Assembly (NCBI RefSeq): GCF_006345805.1
Contig: NC_042997.1
Location: forward strand, 96,472,001 to 96,536,000
Direction: 5' to 3'
DNA length: 64,000 bases
Origin: Octopus sinensis
Lineage: Eukaryota
The notes under the pieces are model-generated. The model saw nothing but the letters and a program-made list of their open reading frames with translations. It was not told the origin of the DNA and did no database searches. Positions 12,258 to 25,769 of this stretch are shown here, piece after piece (the stretch's first letter is position 1; every line of letters begins with the position of its first letter). The position numbers were made by a program, and so were the translations under genes.

Positions 12258-13149
12258 TAGCATAATAGCATAGCCTGGGAAAACATGGATTACATGGGAG
12301 AATGTGAGCAAGAGAAATAATATTCTTAAGATTATGAACCTGGAAAGTACAGGACATGTTATTACACTTGGAAAGTTCAGGATAAGTTATTATATCTGCT
12401 AAAGTACAGAACAAGGCAATTTTTATTTAATATATTGCAACTAAGGATAAAATTTGAATACCAAAAATTAATTCATTTTTATTTACAAAGTAACTTTATA
12501 ATTAATTTTGTTAAAATATTGACACACTAGAATACTTAAAGAATAAAGCCAGAAGTACCAACATAGCTAAATTTTCATGCAAAGTAGAATAGTATACATT
12601 GTAGGCAAATTCAATATGTAAAAAATAGGCATTGGGTCAAGACTAAAAATGTGAAGATTTGGCAATAGCTTAGGCAATAACTCAAGCAAATCTTACTGTT
12701 AATTTATTGTTACAGGTAGATTTTACTGTAATATATAGCTAATTTTTTAATCATTCTTTTTATTGTAATAATTAATTATGTACTACTATTATTTTTTATA
12801 ACCTATTTTCAATTTTCTAATTATTAATTAATAATTAAAAAAATGAAATTTTTTTAAGTGCAATATATATTTTGACTTTTTTTTATTTTGAATCGAAGTA
12901 ACAAGTAATGACAAAGAGAAGTAATAACTTGTAATTTTTTTTTTGAATAAAAGTAATATTTTCTAAATCTAAATATTTATTGTGATATGTTATCCTTAGC
13001 TGCAATATTTTAAGTAAAATTTTCTTTTCTCTACATTACCACATGTAATCACTTGTCCTGAACTTTTATAAGGGTAATAACTTGTCCTGTACTTTTCCAG
13101 GTTTATCATCTTAAGAATATTATTTCTCTTGCTCGCATTTTTCCATGTA

Positions 13150-13186
<37 letters not shown>

Positions 13187-13207
13187 ATATACCATTGCTA
13201 TTATGCA
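12258..13207. mobile_element. Old foldback/MITE-like element
   Basis: Diverged inverted repeats ~12290-12450 and ~12990-13150; right arm interrupted by (TA)n. Confidence 0.55.
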
Positions 13208-13434
13208 TACGTGTCGTAAGTCCAAATCGTTGCTTTTTCAGAAAACGAAAAGATAGTTTCACTATTGCATAGCAAAGCCGTTGTACTACACTTGGACAAA
13301 TATTGGTATGGGAAAGCAGCTAGAGATACGATTGTTTGAACAAAAGAACCGGTTATTGCACGCAAAAATAGAATTAAAAAAAACGCATTTGGCCAAATTT
13401 TAACATGGGACAGTCTAACATAATAGCAACGCTG

Positions 13435-13538
<104 letters not shown>

Positions 13539-13559
13539 TATATATATATATATATATAT

Positions 13560-13623
<64 letters not shown>

Positions 13624-13646
13624 GTGTGTTTGTATATATATATATT

Positions 13647-13822
13647 GATAGAAATGGTAAGATAACAAAAGAATGAAAACGACCTCTATATTATTTAAAA
13701 AGAGGAATTTATCTGTAAATATAATATGTGACTGTTATTCGGTAGCCATGAGAAAACTCCGAGTTTCGGAATGTCGCGGCGGAAACCCACGCCACCATCG
13801 TTTCAGTTATCGAGCCATCGAA
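13647..13822 (-). mobile_element. PLE terminal remnant with degenerate HHR (13750-13811)
   Basis: Minus strand GATAA-CTGAAACGA-..GTGGCG..CGCCGC..-GAAA-CTC.G.GAG-TT-TTCTC, followed by a tail ending at (TA)n. Confidence 0.45.
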
Positions 13823-14848
13823 AAAAGTACACACACATACATATACAAGTGGTTACGGAAGCATTCCTGGCCTTAGGGGTGTCGCAAAAGGCCTTCCGAC
13901 TGCTTATACAGGGCTAAGAAAAACTGAAGGACCACTACAATAAGTGCGTGAATCTCAGAGGGGAATTTGTGGAATAAAATCGTAATTAAATGATCTTCCT
14001 GTAATTTCTTTTACCGAAATTTTAATATTACCTTAAGCAAGAAAAGCTAATATGAATAAATAGAGTGATGAAAATGCGTTTAAAGTTGGAAAGAATTTTC
14101 AATGGTTTTCTTTGATAATTGTTTGTCATGTAATGGTAGGGATAGTTATCTTAACTGTTGCTTTTATCTTAGCAATATTTCTGATTGCGTTCCCTAGAAG
14201 TTTTACAAACTACTGATTGTTAAGATTTGATGAAAGTGAAGTTGATATTTAGATCTAAGTTAAACATTCGGTGCATGATCAAAAGAATTATATCGCTGAC
14301 TATCTCATCGTTTTAGGTGTATCTTATATTAAAATATGATATTAAGAAATGCGTAATTCTGTTTTAAGGAGACGGAGTTTCATTTGATTTGCTATTTCTA
14401 ACATATCTATTTAGGAAGAAGAGACTTGATATATGTTCCATGGAGTAAGGAAGATATACATGAAGAAACGCGTAGTTCAAATCATTTTCCAGTAAAAGCC
14501 GTATTTTGTCTGAATTGAATATATAATTCAAATATACGTACTACTTAAGTGCGTAATTCCGCTACATTCATCTTGCTACTTTCTGTTTCTCTTTTGAACT
14601 CATTTTGATTATATTCATATAGGGATAAAGACATCGTGCTTCCCCCAACCCCACCAATTATGTGAAATATATAATCTGCGGCGCAGGAGTGGCTTTGTAG
14701 TAAGTAGCTTGCTTACCAATCACGTGGTTTCTGGTTCAGCCACACTGCGTGTCACCTTGGGCAAGTGTTTTCTACTATAGCCTTGGGCTGACCAAAGCCT
14801 TATGAGTGAATTTGGTAGACGTAAACTGAAGAAACCCGTCGTATATAT

Positions 14849-16609
14849 TTCTTCCAGGAAATCTACGCTTCCAGCTTAGTTTTTCTTGGAGGGCTGGCCG
14901 TGATCTAGTAATCTCAAGATTAATCAGCCGAAATTACTACGATGATCCGGTTCTTGACTGAAGACTGAGGGGTTCGAATGTCCTGTCCATGTTTATTGTA
15001 TCGTCTTCTATGAGTTATACGTTCTTGTCCATGTTGTATTTTTCTACATACCTTAACATATATTCCAGGCGCCCCGTACCCCCTTTATCATTAATGTGAA
15101 CACATATTCTTAATAATTGGTACGACTCTCTGTTTGTCTCTCTCTCTCTCTCATTTTTACTTTCTCTCTATTCATCTTCTCTTTCCTCTGATCCTTTGGT
15201 CTAGTCTTCCACTACCCTCCTATTTCTTTGTCTCGCTCTGCACTCACAGGTCATTCTTCGACACCCATCCCTTCTCCTCTCTGATTCCTTCTTTCTCTCT
15301 CTTCTCTCTCTTTGTTGCGTTTTGTCCCCCTTTTCTCTCTCTCTCTTTCTTTTATTTTCCCTCTTCTCTGTCACGTGACTGTTGGCCGAAATCTGCCTTT
15401 CAGCTCCTGACCCTCGTCGTGTTAACATCGTTGTTCTTCGTCCGCCGCTATAAAGGCTTTTTCCAATGCGCCAGAGAAAAAATTTGTTTGCTTGTTATCA
15501 GTCGTAAGACACTTGTTGTTTTCACCGTTAATGCTTCTGTATTTCATGTTTCTGTATTCCATTATTGTTTTTTGTTTTTTTATATCTGTCCCTTTTGCTG
15601 TCCTGGTGTTCGTATGCATTCGATCCTTCTTCCAGGAAATCTACGCTTCCAGCTTAGTTTTTCTTGGAGGGCTGGCCGTGATCTAGTAATCTCAAGATTA
15701 ATCAGCCGAAATTACTACGATGATCCGGTTCTTGACTGAAGACTGAGGGGTTCGAATGTCCTGTCCATGTTTATTGTATTGTCTTCTATGAGTTATACGT
15801 TCTTGTCCATGTTGTATTTTTCTACATACCTTAACATATATCCAGGCGCCCCGTACCCCCTTTATCATTAATGTGAACACATATTCTTAATAATTGGTAC
15901 GACTCTCTGTTTGTCTCTCTCTCTCTCTCATTTTTACTTTCTCTCTATGCATCTTCTCTTTCCTCTGATCCTTTGGTCTAGTCTTCCACCACCCTCCTAT
16001 TTCTTTGTCTCGCTCTGCACTCACAGGTCATTCTTCGACACCCATCCCTTCTCCTCTCTGATTCCTTCTTCTCTCTCTTCTCTCTCTTTGTTGCGTTTTG
16101 TCCCCCTTTTCTCTCTCTCTCTTTCTTTTCTTTTCCCTCTTCTCTGTCACGTGACTGTTGGCCGAAATCTGCCTTTCAGCTCCTGACCCTCGTCGTGTTA
16201 ACATCGTTGTTCTTCGTCCGCCGCTATAAAGGCTTTTTCCAATGCGCCAGAGAAAAAATTTGTTTGCTTGTTATCAGTCGTAAGACACTTGTTGTTTTCA
16301 CCGTTAATGCTTCTGTATTTCATGTTTCTGTATTCCATTATTGTTTTTTGTTTTTTTATATCTGTCCCTTTTGCTGTCCTGGTGTTCGTATGCATTCGAT
16401 CCTTCTTCCAGGAAATCTACGCTTCCAGCTTAGTTTTTCTTGGAGGGCTGGCCGTGATCTAGTAATCTCAAGATTAATCAGCCGAAATTACTACGATGAT
16501 CCGGTTCTTGACTGAAGACTGAGGGGTTCGAATGTCCTGTCCATGTTTATTGTATCGTCTTCTATGAGTTATACGTTCTTGTCCATGTTGTATTTTTCTA
16601 CATACCTTA
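14849..16609 (+). mobile_element. Head-to-tail multimer (~2.3 units of 778/776 bp) of non-coding family 1; retrozyme-like
   Basis: Near-identical tandem units; no TE-like ORF; one permuted HHR motif per unit; ends at (TA)n. Confidence 0.85.
14892..14964 (+). ncRNA. Non-circularly permuted hammerhead-like motif, copy 1 (identical copies at 15670-15742 and 16446-16518)
   Basis: GGCTG-GCCGTGATC-TAGTAA-TC-TCAAGA-TTAAT-CAGCC-GAAA-TTACTA-CGAT-GATCCGGT-TCTTGA-CTGAAGA. Confidence 0.65.
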
Positions 16610-16614
16610 ATATA

Positions 16615-16701
<87 letters not shown>

Positions 16702-16999
16702 GTATGTGTGTCTGTGTGTGTATTTTGTGTCTGTATTTGTCCCCACACACGCACCATTGCTTGACATCCGTAACTTAGCGGTTCGGCAAAAGAGACTGAT
16801 AGAATAAGTACAAGGCTCACAAAGAATGAGTCCTGGGGTCGATTTGTTCGACTAAAGGTGGTGCTCCAGCATGGCCGCAGTCAAATGCCTGAAAGAATAA
16901 AAGAGTAAAAGAGTGAAAGAGTAGGGCAGATACTACTATATATAAATCCTCAAACAATAACACAAAAAACCTGAAAACTTTGGTGGAATGGTACAGTGG

Positions 17000-18060
17000 G
17001 AGAGTCAATAACATCTACCTCGGTACTGAACTGGTACTTATTTCGTCGACCTCGAAAGTATAAAAGTATAAATGTCGACCTCAACGGAATCTGAACTCAA
17101 AACGTGAAGACGGACGAAATATCGTCAGATATGTTATCCGGCGTGATAAAGGTTTTAGCTAGTTCGCCGCCTTCAATAATGTAATATAATCCTTTGTGCT
17201 ATAGGCACCAATCCTGAAATTTAGGAAGACGGTCTATACGATTTCATCGACTCTCATAGTATGAAAGGCAGAGTCTACCTTGGTGAAATTAAAGAGTGTA
17301 GGGACAACACCACATGCCTTGCAGTTCGGTAATTGCTTAGACACTATTAAATCTGAACTTGTATCTGATAAAGTTTAATAGTCCACAACATAGAGCAATA
17401 TTTTAGCGCAACACGATATGAATTCATTTCTAATTAATCAGTGCATAAGTTGCAGTACCCCAGTTTGAACGTTTATAGTGTGTAGGGAAAAGGTAAAGGG
17501 TATAAACTTTCAATATGTTTGTTATACGGGGGGGGGTAATGTTTGGTTCGGAAATGTGTAAAAAAGCAACGAAGACTGTGAGAAGAGAAGACATAAATAT
17601 TTACAACTGAAAGGAAACAATGAGCTAACTGATTAAGAGGGACAGAGAATCATTTAGCAGTGGTAGAATAACTTTGCTGGTCTTACAGCATTATATTGGA
17701 TTCATGTTGACTTCAAATTTTGACACAAGACAAGCAAATTCAGTGGAGCCGATAATCGATTACATCGACCCCACTTATTTTATCAACCAAGAATGGATGA
17801 CAGGCAAAGTCGACCTCGGCAGAATTTGAATGCAGAACGTAAAGACGGACGAAATGCCGCTAAGCATTTTGCCCATTGTACTCATGATTTTGGTAACTTG
17901 CTGTTTTAATTATATTGAATTAATATTTTTGCACAAAGCCAGTAATTTCAGTGGAGACGCTAAATTAATTACACTGACCCAAGTGGCCGACTGGTATTAT
18001 TTTTACGAACCCTAAAGGATCAAAAGTAAAGTATATCACGGCAGCTTTTGAAATCAAGAA
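17000..18060 (-). mobile_element. Several decayed SINE family B copies (~17000-17172, 17190-17290, 17715-17905, 17930-18060)
   Basis: Reverse-complement matches such as GGCAAAGTCGACCTCGGCAGAATTTGAA..CAGAACGTAAAGACGGACGAAATGCCGCTAAG. Confidence 0.7.
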
Positions 18061-18437
18061 CGATTCTTCCTGTTCTGCGTTTAACAAGCCACAAGATGAA
18101 TAACTTTTGCATGTGTTTGTGTGATCTAGGGTGCTTTTTGTGGTAGCAGTATCATGTTATCAGATATGTAATGTCTACTTCATGGACGATATTAGAAGTT
18201 CGACAAAAATGCTTAACTATGTTATAACATTTTAGCACTCTCTAACACCCTGGAAATTTTCCCTGTATAGATTCGCTATGTGTGAATATCAGATATTGTT
18301 GAGTCTTACAGTTTGAATTTGTAGCGAATTTGTATCCTGGATACAAGGTAGAATTTTTTCTACCTAAACGCATATGCCAATGGCAAGAAACTTTTAGTAC
18401 ATCTTATGTTAATTCACTCTACTATTAATGCATTATA

Positions 18438-18504
<67 letters not shown>

Positions 18505-18565
18505 CTATCTCTATCTCTTCCTTTCTCTCTGTATATATATACACACACACACACACATATATATA

Positions 18566-18601
<36 letters not shown>

Positions 18602-20384
18602 CTAATATCTACCATTTCGTTGAGAGAGAGAGAGAGAGAGAAAGTGAGAGATTACATGTTCTGCCAAAGAAGTGTAAGTTGTCGAGTTTGTTTTCTGTTT
18701 CGAAGGGACAGCAAATAAATAAGCGGAATGACAAAATTAACAAAAAAACTAAAGTAGTCTTTGAAATTCCTTTGGTGTGTGTCTTGTAATCTCACCGTAA
18801 AATGGAAAAAGATTAACTAACGACTTCTGAGATTAGAAAGCACGAATTTTTGTAGCTCGTGATTGATGACGTTCACAGGGAGTTCAGCCTGGCAGGTAAT
18901 ATTGAATGGGGATTAATCAGAGACAAAAGACTAGCAGTGAGTAAGGAGCACAGTACTTCATTATATCATATTCTACGAATGGTTGTCACTGAGGAGTGAG
19001 ATTGCGTTTCACATCTGAAGGACGATGCAGTTATGTAATTCAGATTTTATCATGTCAAACGTAAGTAGATACATTGTTAACTGGGGACTTAAGATTGTTG
19101 CTCTTGATAGGTACAATCACAAATGTGCGTTTAGATATGTTAAAATCGCTTCTGTAGCGAGAGAAAACTCGAACACTGGTGAATAAAAGAGTAGTATTTA
19201 AAAGTAATCTGTTTGAAACTGTCAGAAACTGTTTCCGAGTTTCATTAAAGTGATCGATTACAGTAGACATTGGAAAAATGTGTACATAATGGTAACATAG
19301 TTGTTAATATAGAAATCTTATGAAATATTTTGTTAGTGTGACCTAACGTTTTATTTGAGGAAAAACAAAAAAATCACTAAATCAACATACTTTATCACAA
19401 TCATTTTTAACTAGATAAAGGATGAATTCAAAATTACTTCCAGTATTCGTTTTTGCTACCTCAGTTATTTCAGTTAACTCAGTTGTTTCAAATACTTGAC
19501 AATCGATAGAAAATAATGTTGTTCTCTTTTAACCCTTCGGTGTTGGTTTTTTTTTTTTTGTATTTTGTCAGTTAACTCTCAGTAGTCTGATGATCAAAGG
19601 TGTATTTCTACAACAACGCTGTAGAATGAGTTATTCCTTTGCTGAAGATAACACTCTAATTTCGTAGCTTTAGATACATCTACTCGAGCGTTTCTCGAAT
19701 TCTGAAGGTCATAGCTATTCCAGATGTGCTTTCGATATGTTGACATTCTTGTGCTACTACATATTTACTTAAAATATAACAATTCAATGAAATATGTATC
19801 ATCAGTTAAAGATTATTTGACATAATGTTGATTTCCAATGCATCATTTAACTGTTTGGTTTGTTGTAATGTGAATGATTAGATTTAAAAGTTCATTGTAT
19901 GCGATGTCACAAAGAATTAACTTAAATTCAATGGTTCATATTTCATACAAATATCCTTTTTCCAACCTCATAGATAAGTGTTTGTGCATTGCTAAATCAA
20001 AAGACATAAACCATTTCATTCTCACTCTCAAGATGAATTCTATGTTCTTGTGAATAATATTTTTTCCTGCGACTATGGCTTGGTAGACTAATCTCTATGG
20101 CAGACTTTCAACAGCAACCCTAACATATTTATGAGTACAGTTTTCATCATTTTCACATGTAGCCATAGCGACATGTGAGTAGGTACTTGTGAGTAGATAC
20201 TTAAATCTGAATATACGCTAACGTTACAAATGTCTAAGTCTCAGATGGGTGAAAAAAAGTTGAATTCTGTAGGAATTCAATACCCAAGGGTCACAATTAC
20301 ATACCTCAAATGAATTTGTCCGGCGCTTTTTCTTTTCTGCCACCCACCAACGTTCTATCACTTTGACGTTAAAAGTAACTTACA

Positions 20385-20578
20385 AAGCAGCGAGCTAACA
20401 GGATCGTGATCATATATATTAGAGTTCTTAGCGGTATTTCATCCGTCCTTGCTTTCTGTGCCTTTCATCCTTTCGGAGTCGATAAAAGATATACGAGTTG
20501 AGCATTGGGGCCGATGTAATCGACTTAATCCCCTCCCCTGAAAATTACTGGCCTTATACCAAAATTTGAAACCAATAT
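20385..20578 (+). mobile_element. SINE family B, internally deleted
   Basis: GCCTTTCATCCTTTCGGAGTCGATAAAA..GGGGCCGATGTAATCGACTTAATCCC. Confidence 0.7.
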
Positions 20579-22559
20579 TAAAAGTAACTTTCTGTTTCCT
20601 GTTGAGATTATGTTTCTTCAGGCAGCGCAGTGTAGCTACTCAATTTTGCATTACTTGGTAACATGGACTTTTTGATTCCTCAATTGACAGCCGTATTTGT
20701 TTTGAAATTTGGTGTAATACTCATATTCGAGAATTTTCTATTACTGTTTGTAAAGCAATTGAAATTTAAATGCATCTGTAATTTTTCAAAGGTGGGCGGA
20801 CTTTCCATGTCACTTTATTTAAGTGTTTCTGAAAGTTTTTTTTTTGTAATTGTTTAGTGTTCGTTCAGCTGCTTTACATAATTTTATGTAACTACTGTAA
20901 TTAATTTTGCTATCAAGCAGCTAATTTATTTCTGCCAACTACACTTCATATATTTTTTCTATGTTGAAAATCCATGAGCAGAAATATTTGCTTTCACTAT
21001 TTCTTCCAAAGTCCATTTTAATTGTATTGATGTTGTTCACCCCTTATAGTCACTGCAATTATATAATTCCTTATAGTGTTTTGATTCTCTCACATATTTT
21101 AATGTCTATAAAAGTTGACAATCTTATAAAATTATATGTCTGTGTATTTTATGAAATACATTATCTTTACACCCACATTTGAGACATATTAATTTTTAAT
21201 GTCTTTTTATTACGATTTTTGTCTCATGGCAACTTTGATTGAATGTTGGTTTGACAGTGTACTATTTAGTTACATCCTACGCTCTAATTCCATACCTCGC
21301 TTATGCTAACTTTGCCTTTCATTCTATGTAAGGTGATAAAATAATGTAATGTACGAATGCTGCTCTCGATTTCATTGACTATAATCAACCTACAATTGAA
21401 ACCTTATGCTAGTATTATAGATAACTATGTCTTCTATATACGGTCGTAAGTTAATTACTACTATATAATGTGCAGGAATGTCATTGCTTGGTCTATCAAG
21501 AATCAAAGCGAAGTTTAAAATGCATGAAAAACAAAGTTGATCTCAGTAACATTTTAAGTTAGAACGTCAGAAGCCATATTGAAATTTATTTTAACCACTC
21601 GTAGACGAGACAAAATGACGATTTTTCATTTAGAAGCTACATATTTTCTGTTGTTACCCTATATTTAGGTTACTTATTAATCGAACACAGAGACTGGTTA
21701 CGTTGCTATACCAGAGATCAAATATTTGTAGCACAGATATCCCACTCATGATGGTGATGGCATGATGATTGTTGTTTTTTAATATAAACACCATATATGA
21801 ATTATATATTATCGGTATTTGTAATAAGGCTATGTTCTTCCTTATATTTTATATATTTAAGCATTTAGTCAGGCTTCCGAAACTAGTTAGGTGTTTCACA
21901 AACCTGGAGACTGACTTGTCTAGTTGCATTCTACAAAAACACATTACGATAAAATATTGTAAAATGAGCTTTCGTTCCAGGTTGTCATTGGTAGTTTTAT
22001 TGCTTTAGTAGACTTGACAATTTATTGTACTTCGCTGCCGTAGTTACGAGATTTTCATGAACAGAAGATAAGGAAAACCTCTTCCAAGCGAGTCGCAAGA
22101 TTTCCTTTTGAAATGAGTCTACATGATTCAGGTTTTAACAGATAAAAGATGTCTAGGCTGCTGCCTTTTGAGTGGTAGGCTAATGTATTTCTTTACAGAA
22201 AAAAAATTACTTCGTAGGAAAGTAGCAGATCTAGTTGTAGCTAATTTCGGTTCCCTAAATTATATTTCTCTGTAGGATTTGATCTTTCATCGAATTGCTT
22301 CTCCTCTACCTGAACTCTGAAAATGACTGCGGACGAATGGTTTCGCACCTACTTAATTTTTGGCTACGGATGAAGTCAGAATTTATGTGACACTGATATA
22401 CGTGATTATGACTTAACTCTGAATTGTAGATTTCCAAAATAGGTACTGTTCTATTCAGTAGTGGTTTTGGAAATAAGTGTCAAGATATTGTGTGTTTTGA
22501 GAATCCTTACTCCACTCTCACCAATTTCGAGACAGCGGACAGGGCAATCATATATCAAC

Positions 22560-23090
22560 ACCAGAAGAGATAAAAGCCAAAGTCCACTGGAGTGGAATTT
22601 GAACTCAGAACGTAAAGAGAGACGACATGCTGCTGCACTTTTTACCCGGCGTACAAACGATTCTCCCAGGATGCCACGTTAGGAATTATATCATGATAAT
22701 AATGATTTCAAATCTTGGTACAAGGCCAGCATTTTCGGGGGAGGGTGTAAGTTAATTACATCGACCCAGTGTTCAACTGGTATTTATATTATCGACCCCG
22801 AAAGAATGAAAGTCAAAGTCAAACTTGGCGAAATTTGAACTCAGAACTCACCACCTTAGCAAATAAAATAATATTCTTTTCTACTCTAGATACAAGGCCA
22901 GAAATTTTGGGGGAGGGGGCCAGTCGATTAGATCAACACCAGTACGCAACTGGTACTTAATTTATCTACCTCGAAAGGATGAACGGCAAAGTCGACCTCA
23001 GCGGAATTTGAACTCAGAACGTAGAGACAGACGAAATACCCACTAAGCATTTCGCCTGGTGTGCTAACATTTCTGCTAGCTCGTCGCCTC
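22560..23090 (-). mobile_element. Three tandem SINE family B copies
   Basis: GAATTTGAACTCAGAAC recurs at ~22595, ~22830 and ~23005. Confidence 0.75.
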
Positions 23091-23136
23091 ATATATTATG
23101 ATATTAACATATATATATATATATTATATATATATA

Positions 23137-23184
<48 letters not shown>

Positions 23185-23268
23185 TATATATAATATATAT
23201 ATATATATATAGATATATATATATACATATATATATACATATATATATATTATATATATATATATATA

Positions 23269-23336
<68 letters not shown>

Positions 23337-25339
23337 TATATATATATATATATCATAAATAATGTGGCCATATTTTCTAGTAGATACTGATAATCTGTTC
23401 CGTAAACATGAGAATTATATCGAAATAATTTCATTTAGACCTATAGTATATTATTATATAAAATACTTAAAAGTTAATCAAACGTGAATTATTACAGGCA
23501 ATATATTTTAATATTTTTATATAAATTTTTATATAAACTTTCTACTGCATATGCGTGTGGGGTTGTGTGCTTGTGGGTGTGTCTGCGTGTGGGGGTGTAT
23601 ACGTGTAGGAGTATATGCATGTGGGAGTATATGCATGTGGGAGTGTATGCGTATGTGCGTATTTGTGACTATTATTTTGTTTAAGTACTTCTATGTATAT
23701 GACTGTCAAGGCATCTAAAATATATTTGTATGTATGGCTAAGAGTCTGTACATCGGAATGAATTTCTGTTAAATCTCGATGACTGATATGATGCAAATTG
23801 TACCGCATTATGTCTATAGATAAAACGAAGTGACGTCACGCTTCTATTTATATTATTCTCTTTTCTCCTTGTATTTTTCCTTTGATTTTGTTTCGTTTCT
23901 CTGTCAGTAATTTATTCTGCGACTGTCTTGCTTTTCCTATCCGTTATATTTCTCTATGACGACTTCCGTTGTCTTTCCACATTAATTTTTGCTCATTAAA
24001 CTTTATTAGTAAGTAATTGCTTCTGTATGAGATTTTAAGACAGCCGATTTATACGAAAGGAACTATTAAACACTCTCGGTATAATTTTCAATTGATTAAT
24101 GAAGAACAAAGTGAAACTAATTATAAGATCATTAAAGTTTTAATAGAAGAAATTAATTCTATTAATTCAACTAACATGAAATATATTTAAATATGTTTTA
24201 TTAGCAATTGTTACTGTAAGTTTCTTGTTCTTCAGTTTTAAATGGCTATAAAAAATTCAGACATGTACAAGGTGTTTAAAAGCATACAATGTAGACAGAT
24301 ACGTTTCAAACCATAGTATTTTACTAGTTAGTCATATAAGCACATCATTCATAATAATGAATGAGAAACTTAATGGAACTGTCCTTGTTGCAGAGGCATC
24401 ATTGTGTAAATAAGTGAATATACAAACATATATTTTGAAAATGATAATTGTATTAAATAATAAGAAATATGTACAAAGAACTGAGCATAATGACGCTTAT
24501 GGACATAACAGTGAAGATCTCTAAGAGAGATTGATTGAAAACAAATACTAACAAATAATATTTATGTGCATCGAGAAAATTAGTAGATGTTTAAAAATAT
24601 CCAATGAAGAAGAAGATATAAACGTACACAAAAACCGAATAGTGATGATAATTAAATTAAAATGTTAAAGTATATAAATTAAATACATGAAGCCCACGGT
24701 AGTAGTGGTTGAGTTAAATGATGACAGTGAAAGGTCAAACTATTCTGCAAAAAAAAAAAACAGAACGTTTTAGCCATTCATCGGTAGATAATTCAAAATA
24801 TTGAAGTATTCTGTATTTTGAAGTATTTCTGTAAGAATATAGAATTACTTCTCTGCATGTTAAGGTTGAGGACTTTTGAAATAAGAGGAAAAGTTTACAG
24901 TGTAAACTGACTTCGAAATGATTATGTGTATTAGCTTGCAGTTAACTTTAATCGCCATTAGACTTAATTGAGATTTTTTTTTTCTTTTACAAAAGAAAAC
25001 AATTATGCTTCGACGAACTTGTAGAATATTTAGATCAGAACATGGTTGTAAGACCCATTTTGAATATAATTTCGTTTTATCCTAAATATATTCCTAATAT
25101 CCAGTTGCAACGTGGCTACAGAATAATGATTCCTTTGGGAGGCAATCGGTGTCAGTTCAACGTCACAACTATAAATCGGTAGAAAAACAGAATTATTGGT
25201 TGTTGATAAAGCTTTCCGACATCCCCTTTTTGATGGAAACTGAAGGAAGGAATGTTTTTCAACATTATATATTCGTACAACAGACATAGCTTTCCAGTTA
25301 AGAAGCTCGCTTTGCATTTATGCCATTTTAGGTTCAATT

Positions 25340-25685
25340 TCACAGTGCGGAATCTTCACAATGTGTCTTCTATAGCTCCGTGCCGATCAAAGTTTTGTGT
25401 GTGAACTTAACTAACGGAAAGTGTGAAGAAGCCCGTTCTATGCACACACGCGCGCACACACATATATGTATGTATATGTATGTAAAACGTTTGTTGTAAG
25501 TCTGTGTGTATCTTTGATTACTGGTGTAGGTATGTTTAGATTCCCATTAGGTGAAAGCGACAGGTAGGACAAGTAACACACGTAAAATTTACTACTGGGT
25601 TCAACTTATTTGACTAAACTCTTTGAGGTTTTGCTCCAGCATGGTTCCAGTCCAATGACAGAAAGAAGTAAAAAGATAAAAAATA
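25340..25685 (+). mobile_element. Decayed SINE family A
   Basis: GTGTCTTCTATAGCTCCG..GAAGAAGCCCGT..GCTCCAGCATGG..AATGACAGAAA. Confidence 0.6.
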
Positions 25686-25769
25686 TAATAAAACATTAAA
25701 CTAAGGTATGAATAATACTGCAAGATATTTTTAGACTGATAATTGCCATTTAGCACATTGCTATCCATC

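Larger units (their letters stand above)
14679..16922 (+). mobile_element. SINE family A split by an insertion in its internal microsatellite (head 14679-14847, tail 16610-16922)
   Basis: The two halves together are collinear with the intact copy at 677-1089. Confidence 0.85.

Noticed and set aside
14925-14970. Reading the GAAA...CUGAAGA motif as an ordinary type II hammerhead
   Set aside because: No hairpin stem I can form between the two cores and stem II does not pair in register; only the non-circular arrangement gives consistent covarying stems.
15134-15739. 201-aa hydrophobic ORF in the tandem unit
   Set aside because: Arises from CT/T-rich low complexity, has no ATG start or recognisable domain, and is broken in the second, near-identical unit.
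18856-18895. Possible 40-nt exon (ttttgtag|CTCGTG...GGCAG|gtaata; LVIDDVHREFSLA) downstream of a GA-rich tract
   Set aside because: Too short to support without transcript or homology evidence.
23826-23844. Palindromic CRE-like site GAAGTGACGTCACGCTTC
   Set aside because: Single short motif with no associated gene or TSS evidence.
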